The translations under genes were made by a program, and so were the position numbers. A stretch of 64,000 nucleotides of DNA, taken from an uncultured Candidatus Saccharibacteria bacterium (lineage in GTDB: Bacteria; Patescibacteriota; Minisyncoccia; Phycocordibacterales; Zambryskibacteraceae). The DNA lies in contig CAYHDI010000003.1 in the NCBI GenBank assembly GCA_964355645.1, positions 887 through 64,886 of the forward strand, given 5' to 3'. Of this stretch, positions 56,962-64,000 are shown piece after piece; within the stretch, counting starts at the first letter, position 1; every line of letters starts with the position of its first letter. The notes beneath the pieces were generated by a model, which did not search any database, was not told the DNA's origin, and was given only the letters and a program-made list of their open reading frames with translations.

Positions 56962-58764
56962 TTATTTCTTCTGCATCTTGCTTCTCTCCTGTTGGGTCAA
57001 ATGCTGTTTGCGGAGGCGGGTAGCCGAAGGGGTGATTTCAATATATTCATCCTCATTCATAATTTCCATAGCTCGTTCAATAGAAAGTGTCCACGGCGGG
57101 GTGAGATAAATACTGTCGTCTGAACCCGATGCGCGCATATTTGAAAGTTGTTTGCCTTTCGTTGGATTGACATACAAATCTTCACCTTTCGAAGTATTCC
57201 CAATCACTTGACCTTCATAAATCTCGGCGCTTGGTCCAATATAAAGCACTCCTCGAAGTTGAAGATTGTCCAAAGCGAAAGCCAGCGCCTTGCCGTTCTC
57301 CATAGAAATCATGGCCCCAACTCTCTGTCTATTGATAGCCCCAGCGAAAGGTCTAAACCCAACAAAGCGTGATGAAAGTATCCCGAGGCCCTTGGTATCC
57401 ACGACGAATTGTCCACGATATCCGAGAAGTCCGCGAGTCGGGGCTTCAAAAATAATTCTCGTTTGATTATTTTCGTTTTTCATATCCATCAATATTCCTC
57501 TGCGTTCAGTTAGTTTGGAAATAATAGTTCCACTCATTTCTTCGGGCACATCCACAATCACTTCTTCAAACGGCTCGAGAGTTTTGCCATTTTCTTCTTT
57601 AATGATGACGTGCGGTTGAGAAACCTGAAGTTCGAATCCTTCTCGGCGCATGTTCTCAAGGAGAATAGCAATGTGAAGTTCACCTCGCCCGTAGACGGTC
57701 ATGAAGTCATTCGAAGAAAAATCAATCTTGAGTCCCACGTTCACCTCAAGTTCTCGCTCAAGTCGTTCGCGAATTTGTCTGCCGGTCACAAACTTTCCTT
57801 CACGTCCGGCGAAAGGTGAATCGTTGACGAAAAAGTCCAAAGAGATAGTGGGTTCATCAATATTAATGGCAGGCAAAACCTCACCATTTTCTTCACCACA
57901 AATCGAATCTCCAATATAAATATCCGAAAGTCCCGCGAGCATACAAATATCTCCGGCCAGAACCTCAGCACTCTCTACGCGTTTGATACCCTCGAAAGTA
58001 AAGATTTTGGTAATTTTGCCTTTGTATTTTTCTCCGCTGTGCTTGGTGACCCACACTTCCTGACCGACCTTGAGTGTTCCCTCATAAATGCGCGCAATGG
58101 CCAAACGACCGAGGAAATTGTCGTACGCGAGATTGAATGGTTGAAGTCGAACAGGGACAGAAAGATTTTGTTCGGCGGGAGGAACATGTTCAAGGATGGT
58201 GTCCAAAAGGGGAGTGAGATCTTTCGATTCGTCCTGCAAATTTTTCTTGGCTATACCATCACGTCCTATAGTATAAACAGTAGTGAAATTTAATTGTTCG
58301 TCGTTTGCTCCGAGGTCCATGAACAATTCAAGAACCATCTCATGCACGATTTCCGGTCTGGCGGCTGGTTTGTCTATTTTGTTTATCACGACAATCGGCT
58401 TAAGACCGAGTTCGAGAGATTTTTTCAAAACAAAACGTGTTTGAGGCATTGGGCCCTCCTGCGCATCAACTACGAGAAGGACAGTGTCTATCGAACGAAG
58501 TACACGTTCAACCTCTGAACCGAAGTCCGAGTGACCCGGAGTGTCTACAATATTGATTTTTGTCACTGGTCGGCCAGAATTTACTGAAGGATAAAAAACT
58601 GAAGTATTCTTCGCATAAATAGTAATACCGCGCTCAAGTTCGAGCGCATTTGAGTCCATGCTGACACCCTCTTCAACCATCCCGGTTTGGCGCATCAAAG
58701 CATCGGTCAGAGTAGTCTTCCCGTGGTCAACGTGAGCGATAATAGCGATATTGCGGATTTCCAT
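56962..58764 (-). CDS. typA: Translational GTPase TypA/BipA
   Basis: RNIAIIAHVDHGKTT, DTPGH, NKID, GRGELH, RREGFE. Confidence 0.97.
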   Translation of the reverse strand: MEIRNIAIIAHVDHGKTTLTDALMRQTGMVEEGVSMDSNALELERGITIYAKNTSVFYPSVNSGRPVTKINIVDTPGHSDFGSEVERVLRSIDTVLLVVDAQEGPMPQTRFVLKKSLELGLKPIVVINKIDKPAARPEIVHEMVLELFMDLGANDEQLNFTTVYTIGRDGIAKKNLQDESKDLTPLLDTILEHVPPAEQNLSVPVRLQPFNLAYDNFLGRLAIARIYEGTLKVGQEVWVTKHSGEKYKGKITKIFTFEGIKRVESAEVLAGDICMLAGLSDIYIGDSICGEENGEVLPAINIDEPTISLDFFVNDSPFAGREGKFVTGRQIRERLERELEVNVGLKIDFSSNDFMTVYGRGELHIAILLENMRREGFELQVSQPHVIIKEENGKTLEPFEEVIVDVPEEMSGTIISKLTERRGILMDMKNENNQTRIIFEAPTRGLLGYRGQFVVDTKGLGILSSRFVGFRPFAGAINRQRVGAMISMENGKALAFALDNLQLRGVLYIGPSAEIYEGQVIGNTSKGEDLYVNPTKGKQLSNMRASGSDDSIYLTPPWTLSIERAMEIMNEDEYIEITPSATRLRKQHLTQQERSKMQKK

Positions 58765-58828
58765 AAAATAAAAGCAGAGCCAGCGCTCTTCACACAATTA
58801 AAGCATAAAATCGATTTATGAGCAAATT

Positions 58829-59377
58829 TTACTTTTCGGACAGTATTCCTTTGGTATAAACGTATTGCTTGGAAGTTAAGACTGTTGGTTCGGCTGCATA
58901 GGGTTCGTTCGGCTTGCGGTCTAAATATTTGAGAGTAATCACCCCATTCGAAATAGAAATTGATTTTGGTTCGATCCTATCACCAACGAAAACCGCGTTT
59001 GAACCTTTGTAATTAAGCGGATTAGAAACATAAGCCCCGAGATAAACGAACACTCCGGAACCGCCTCCATTTTGAACCAAAACAGCTGCAGCGTCATCCT
59101 TTTTGTCCCCATTAATATCTCCGTAGCCAACTGTATCGGTCAAAGTTGTTTCTTGCATCGATGAACCGCCGGGGGTGATAGCTTTCTCGTTTATACCTTT
59201 TGATAAAGTAATCGACCCATCATCGAAAACGAAGGTAGCGTTTGATGCATCTGGGCGAGAAATATTTTGACCCGCATTAAAAATTTTTGAAGGTGTGGGA
59301 TTCGAAACTTGCTTGAAAACATACCAGATTCCAAACATAACGGCCAGCACCAGAATGATTGATAATATTTTCTTCAT
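58829..59377 (-). CDS. Membrane-anchored hypothetical protein
   Basis: N-terminal TM; GDINGDKKDDAA, GGGSGVFVYL, VGDRI. Confidence 0.75.
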   Translation of the reverse strand: MKKILSIILVLAVMFGIWYVFKQVSNPTPSKIFNAGQNISRPDASNATFVFDDGSITLSKGINEKAITPGGSSMQETTLTDTVGYGDINGDKKDDAAAVLVQNGGGSGVFVYLGAYVSNPLNYKGSNAVFVGDRIEPKSISISNGVITLKYLDRKPNEPYAAEPTVLTSKQYVYTKGILSEK

Positions 59378-59386
59378 AATCAAATG

Positions 59387-59515
59387 TTAATTAGAAGTTT
59401 GGGTGTTTGTGGTAGGGACGATTGGAGCGACAACGTTTTTGCTATTTGGAACAAAAAGATAAACCAAAAATCCGACCACTATTAATGCAATGACCACAAT
59501 AAGAGTTTTGTTCAT
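59387..59515 (-). CDS. 42-aa single-TM small protein (not in the ORF track)
   Basis: Hand translation MNKTLIVVIALIVVGFLVYLFVPNSKNVVAPIVPTTNTQTSN. Confidence 0.55.
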   Translation of the reverse strand: MNKTLIVVIALIVVGFLVYLFVPNSKNVVAPIVPTTNTQTSN

Positions 59516-59592
59516 AGAGATATTGGTAATTAGTTAATAGGCTAATTATACTATATTTGATAGAAAGTTTTTTTCTGCTATCATTTCCATAT

Positions 59593-59668
59593 TCCGCGAT
59601 AGCTCAGTCGGTAGAGCGCCTCCCTGTTAAGGAGGATGTCCCAGGTTCGAGCCCTGGTCGCGGAGCCA
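59593..59668 (+). tRNA. tRNA-Asn(GUU)
   Basis: tccgcga/tcgcgga acceptor stem, loop ct-GTT-aa, ggttcga T arm, encoded CCA. Confidence 0.96.
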
Positions 59669-59730
59669 AGCAAGGCAATGCTATAATCAGTTACTTGAAA
59701 AACTTTTATTCACAACAGACCGAAGGGAAG

Positions 59731-60570
59731 ATGTCGCTCGTTCTAGGAGGTGTGATTCTGGTCGCCTTAATCGGCTATGGGGCTTATAGCTTGATTAATC
59801 TTAAACAACAAAATGCAAATCTTGCGAAAACATTGGAAACTACCCAAGCCTCATTAACTGATGCTCAAAATCAAAATTCTAATTTATTGCAAAAGGTTTC
59901 AGATGTTCAGAATACAGCATACGAATTTGGAAACAAAGTAGGAGAATTGACGGGTACAGTTGATACCCTAACTAAACTCACCGAGACAGACCCGGAACTG
60001 CTTAAAAAATATTCTAAAGTTTATTTCTTGAGTGAAAACTATGTGCCCAAAGGTCTTGTGGATATTAACAACCAATATCTTTTGATTCCAAACAAGCCTC
60101 TGCAAGTTCTAAAGAAAGTAGATGAATATCTTGAACAGCTCATCCATATTTCTGAGGCTTATAATTTAAATCTAAAAATTCTCTCGGCCTTTCGATCTTA
60201 CGGCACGCAAAGTACACTCAAATCGTCTTACAAATTTACTTATGGAGCTGGCACAGCCAATCAGTTTTCTGCAGAGCAGGGCTACTCTGAACACCAGCTT
60301 GGCACCACGGTGGATTTCACCACACCCACCATTGGAGACACCTTGGCTGGTTTCTCTAAAACCCCTGAATATAAATGGCTTACTGACAATGCCTACAAAT
60401 ACGGATTTGTACTTTCTTATCCTCCAAACAATGCGTATTACACTTATGAACCGTGGCACTGGAGATTTGTTGGAGTAGAACTTGCGACTCGTCTGCATCA
60501 AGATAAACAATATTTCTACGATCTTGAACAGAGACAAATTGATCCTTATCTCGTGGAAATTTTTGATTAG
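59731..60570 (+). CDS. VanY-like (M15B) D-Ala-D-Ala carboxypeptidase with TM and coiled coil
   Basis: SAFRS, GYSEHQLG..VD, YEPWHWRFVG; start may instead be TTG 59695. Confidence 0.9.
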   Translation: MSLVLGGVILVALIGYGAYSLINLKQQNANLAKTLETTQASLTDAQNQNSNLLQKVSDVQNTAYEFGNKVGELTGTVDTLTKLTETDPELLKKYSKVYFLSENYVPKGLVDINNQYLLIPNKPLQVLKKVDEYLEQLIHISEAYNLNLKILSAFRSYGTQSTLKSSYKFTYGAGTANQFSAEQGYSEHQLGTTVDFTTPTIGDTLAGFSKTPEYKWLTDNAYKYGFVLSYPPNNAYYTYEPWHWRFVGVELATRLHQDKQYFYDLEQRQIDPYLVEIFD

Positions 60571-60631
60571 TTGAATTTCTGAAAGGATAGTAAAATTGTT
60601 CGTAGGATTACAAGCCCTAACTTCTAATAAT

Positions 60632-61018
60632 ATGAATATAAATATAAAAGCTACGGGCATCGCGCTTACCCCAGCCATCTCGGATTATGTTTATAAGAAA
60701 ATTTCTTCGGTTGAAAAATATTTATCAAAGAAAGGACCAACAGCTTCAGCTCAAGTTGAAGTAGGGAAGACGACCAAGCATCATAAATCCGGTGATGTTT
60801 TTAAAGCAGAGGTTAGACTTATTGGAGGAGGTCTGGATATGTATGCAGTTGAAGAAGCGGAGGATTTGTACGCCGCCATTGACCTTGTTGAAGCAGAAAT
60901 TACACGAGGAATTTTAAAGACCAAAGGTCGGCACATCCAATTGCTCCGTCGTGGTCAGCGCGCCATCAAAGATTTGATGAAAGATTTTCCTTGGGCCCTC
61001 AAACGTTTCAGAAAATAA
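60632..61018 (+). CDS. hpf: Ribosome hibernation factor HPF/RaiA
   Basis: MNINIKA..LTPAISDY..K, DLYAAID. Confidence 0.9.
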   Translation: MNINIKATGIALTPAISDYVYKKISSVEKYLSKKGPTASAQVEVGKTTKHHKSGDVFKAEVRLIGGGLDMYAVEEAEDLYAAIDLVEAEITRGILKTKGRHIQLLRRGQRAIKDLMKDFPWALKRFRK

Positions 61019-61817
61019 CTTTTGGATGGCCGTTTAGATAATCTTTATAATCCATTTCTTCTTTGCCTGATGGTATCACTCGGTCTGGGACGAATTTCTC
61101 ATTCTCAATATGAGCTTTGGTAATTACAAGCTCACCCTTTCGTGCTCTCGGCCAAATTTCGTAGGCATAAACTTTCCTTAAGGCCATCTCCGGTGAATCA
61201 TTTGAAATATCTGCATCTTCTTTTTTTATCATATGAGTGAAGGTGGCTAGTGATTCATCTTGAGAAACTTCAGGAACTTCATTTTTTAACCACCTGGGCA
61301 AAGTTTCTGCAAGAAGTTTTGCCCCGGCCTCGGCCAAAGTTTTTTCAACCACCGAATATTTGTCTGGCCATTTATTAAACTCAACTTTTTTCTGAGCCAA
61401 GATTGGTCCGTGATCCATTTTTGAATCCAGACGCATAATACTCACCCCTGTTTCGTTTTCTCCGAGAATAGCCCCTTGAATTGGTGATGGTCCACGGAGT
61501 TTGGGCAAAAGTGAAGGGTGAATATTCAAAGTCTTGAATTTTGGAGTGTTGATTAGTTTCTCCGGCAGAATCTTACCATACGAAGCCACGACGAATACAT
61601 CGGCGTTTATACCGTTCACTTCTTCAATCACCTTTATATTTCTTTCTTTGGCCCAAGTTTTCACTGGATTCTCTGTCAGAATTAATTTTCTTCCTCTAGG
61701 CCTATCCGGCATAGTCACCACAGCGACAGGTGAAAGCCCAAGTGTTTCCAATGTGTCGAGCACCTCGATTGAGAAGCTTGATGAACCGAAGAAGACAAAT
61801 CGTATTTCTTTATTCAT
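61008..61817 (-). CDS. fmt: Methionyl-tRNA formyltransferase (shortened)
   Basis: VVT.PDRP.GR, NIHPSLLP.LRG.SPI, MDHGPI. Confidence 0.93.
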   Translation of the reverse strand: MNKEIRFVFFGSSSFSIEVLDTLETLGLSPVAVVTMPDRPRGRKLILTENPVKTWAKERNIKVIEEVNGINADVFVVASYGKILPEKLINTPKFKTLNIHPSLLPKLRGPSPIQGAILGENETGVSIMRLDSKMDHGPILAQKKVEFNKWPDKYSVVEKTLAEAGAKLLAETLPRWLKNEVPEVSQDESLATFTHMIKKEDADISNDSPEMALRKVYAYEIWPRARKGELVITKAHIENEKFVPDRVIPSGKEEMDYKDYLNGHPKVIF

Positions 61818-62376
61818 TTTCTTTTTTGTGAGAATAATGTTTCTTTTTCGACCGCGGAGGCAAATTTTCAATATTTTCAGCCTTGTCTATAAACAATATT
61901 CCATTCAAGTGGTCCGTTTCGTGTTGAAAAATTTGAGCCATCAAACCCGATGCGCCTTTCTCAAACTTATTTCCTCTCTCATCATAAGCTCGAATAGTGG
62001 CCTTCTCACTTCTTTCAACAACCCCGTAGAGCCATCTGACGGAGAGACAACCTTCTTCTACCTTTGTTTTCTTTCTTGATAATTTAATAATTTCTGGGTT
62101 GATATAAACCGTGTCAGGGAGTTTTTTTATTTTCTCGGGCTTGTTCTCAAGAGAATTATTTAAAATGGCTGGCACTCTTCCGCTGATGACGAAAATTCTC
62201 AAACTTTCTCTGATTTGAGGTGCGGCGATGGCCACTCCGTCGTCTTCTCGGCCTAGTGCTATTTTCATTCGTTCAATAATATTTTGAATCTTCTTTGAGC
62301 CTATATCCTTAATAAGCACAGGTTTGGCTATGCGTCTTAGAATCGGGGCGTCTTTGTTTGCGATGATTGTTTTCAT
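61810..62376 (-). CDS. def: Peptide deformylase
   Basis: GVAIAAPQI, EGCLS, QHETDHLNG. Confidence 0.96.
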   Translation of the reverse strand: MKTIIANKDAPILRRIAKPVLIKDIGSKKIQNIIERMKIALGREDDGVAIAAPQIRESLRIFVISGRVPAILNNSLENKPEKIKKLPDTVYINPEIIKLSRKKTKVEEGCLSVRWLYGVVERSEKATIRAYDERGNKFEKGASGLMAQIFQHETDHLNGILFIDKAENIENLPPRSKKKHYSHKKENE

Positions 62377-64000
62377 ATGATGCTTATAGGGTCTACTTTA
62401 ATCAAAAAATCGGGTGTAAGCAAAAGTAATTTATCAACAATATTTTGACTAGGCCATTCTTTCCTAGGCAAGCGCAATACCATCGAGAGAGAATTTTTGC
62501 CTGTTTTCACCTCTCGACCATTCATAAAATCAGGCCCGTGCTCTAAGAAAAGATTGTTCAGATAAGCAGTTTTCTTCTCGATTTCTCTTGGAGTACCAAA
62601 GGTTGACACTTTAATGAAAATAGAAAAAGGCGGGTAATGCAAGGCTTCCCGTTCCTCTATTTCTGAACGATAAAAATCGAGGATACTGCCGGATTCGGCA
62701 TATTCTATGATTTGTTTACCGATATTTCGTGTTTGAATAATTGTTTGGACCTCACTGATTTCAAAAAGTCGCGTGATTAAATAAAAAATCCTCTCGTTTA
62801 TTCCGAAGTCGGGGATAGAGAATAGAGAATCAATAGAAACCAGTCCTACATAAGGAATTTTCTTTAGATAGAAGAAAGCCAACTCGGTGCCAATCATAAT
62901 TCCACCCTTTTCACCGGCGAACGATTTGGCAATTTTTGAAGCTCTAACAGCAGTTGAAGCATGTTCCTTGTCTAAAATATAAATCATCGAAGAAGGGAAA
63001 AGTTTCTCTACTTCTTCTCTGATTCGATCAGTGCCCACACCGAGCGGAGTGAGATTCCAACTTTGACAATGATCGCATCGTGTTTCCGCATTTCGGCGAG
63101 CACCACAAGCATGACAGATATAAACTCGAACAGAATTTTTCTCTGAATGCAGGACAAGTGGTGAACCGCAATTCTCACAAGAAAGCACCGAACCACAATC
63201 CGAGCAAACAGTCGATGGAGAAAGTCCCTTGCGTGCCCCAAAAAGGAAAACCTTTCTTTTCTCTAAAACAGCCTGTTCAATCATTTTTTTTATTTCGGGA
63301 GAAAAGATTTCAAACTTGGCGTTGCCTTTCTCATCCGGTTTTGTCGGTTTTTTCATGTCAACAAGGATTGACCGAGAATCCCTTGAGGTGCGCCACTTGA
63401 GCGGGGAAAGTTCTGCGTATTGGCCCTGCTTCTCTTTCCACAAGGTTTCAATCGAGAGGACAGAGTCTCCGAGGATAAGAGTTTTGTTTGATTCTTTGGC
63501 CAAATATTCAAGGAAAACTTTTATATTGATGAATGGTTTAGAAAATGTTTTATAAACCCGTGAATTTTCTCTTTCCAAAATAATGGTCTCAAGGTCGGCT
63601 CGATTGAAAGAGATGAAGGAAGGTGTGGTGATGAAGAGCACGGGGTGCTCACTCTCGTGAGCCTTCTTTAAAGTTTCCTTTAAAGCCTTGGTGCCCTTGT
63701 TTGAAACAAGATAGGTGAAGGTGGCAATACCGGGTGAGAAATAATCAAAAGCGGAAAGTGCTTCTTCATGCGTGGGGACACAGAACAAGACAGACTTTCC
63801 TCTCGCGAATGATTCACGAATCGAACTTTTGTATTCTTGGAAACGCTCGTCGTTGTTTAGCTGTATGAGTAGGGTCTCCTTTCTCGATTCATTTGATGGC
63901 CTGTCGTGAGCCGAATTAATTAGTTGCGGATTCTCTAGAAGAATCTTCGGAATTAAAGCACTGAGAATATTACCAACCGTAGTGGCATAATAAATACTCG
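62373..64000 (-). CDS. priA: PriA-like primosomal protein with degenerate helicase motifs (5' end outside the window)
   Basis: Four CxxC pairs, RKG, GTDRI, QTR, YPPF; the frame stays open to the window edge. Confidence 0.85.
   Translation of the reverse strand, partial: SIYYATTVGNILSALIPKILLENPQLINSAHDRPSNESRKETLLIQLNNDERFQEYKSSIRESFARGKSVLFCVPTHEEALSAFDYFSPGIATFTYLVSNKGTKALKETLKKAHESEHPVLFITTPSFISFNRADLETIILERENSRVYKTFSKPFINIKVFLEYLAKESNKTLILGDSVLSIETLWKEKQGQYAELSPLKWRTSRDSRSILVDMKKPTKPDEKGNAKFEIFSPEIKKMIEQAVLEKRKVFLFGARKGLSPSTVCSDCGSVLSCENCGSPLVLHSEKNSVRVYICHACGARRNAETRCDHCQSWNLTPLGVGTDRIREEVEKLFPSSMIYILDKEHASTAVRASKIAKSFAGEKGGIMIGTELAFFYLKKIPYVGLVSIDSLFSIPDFGINERIFYLITRLFEISEVQTIIQTRNIGKQIIEYAESGSILDFYRSEIEEREALHYPPFSIFIKVSTFGTPREIEKKTAYLNNLFLEHGPDFMNGREVKTGKNSLSMVLRLPRKEWPSQNIVDKLLLLTPDFLIKVDPISII

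Noticed and set aside
59557-59694. N-terminal extension of the VanY-like ORF (and likewise the 19961 start of the GT2 ORF)
   Set aside because: These extensions overlap tRNA genes; the true starts are downstream.

Overview
A 64 kb stretch of a streamlined bacterial chromosome, inferred to be Patescibacteria/CPR (Parcubacteria-like) from its gene content, shortened housekeeping proteins and scarce Shine-Dalgarno sites. It is mostly core genes: class II RNR, a gap-rpiB-rpe-tkt-pfkB-fba cluster, ribosomal proteins, prfA, rpsB-tsf, pheS, gyrB, thrS, dnaE, nusB, rnc, smc, rnr, trmD, rpoB-rpoC-dnaG-rpoD, hisS, typA, fmt-def-priA and two tRNAs. Highlights: (1) a diversity-generating retroelement (target gene with VR, hairpin, structured RNA leader, TR) showing adenine-specific mutagenesis but no RT or Avd gene in the window; (2) several families of short palindromic or heptamer DNA elements found both between genes and in frame inside essential genes, read in different frames, with copies beside a small GIY-YIG nuclease gene and a TrpR-like gene; (3) a Phe-Phe-Phe leader-peptide attenuator upstream of a monomeric, organelle-type PheRS; (4) widespread leaderless-type promoters; (5) miniaturised HisRS, hinge-less SMC and helicase-dead PriA. 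All calls come from reading by eye; no database search or folding program was run.
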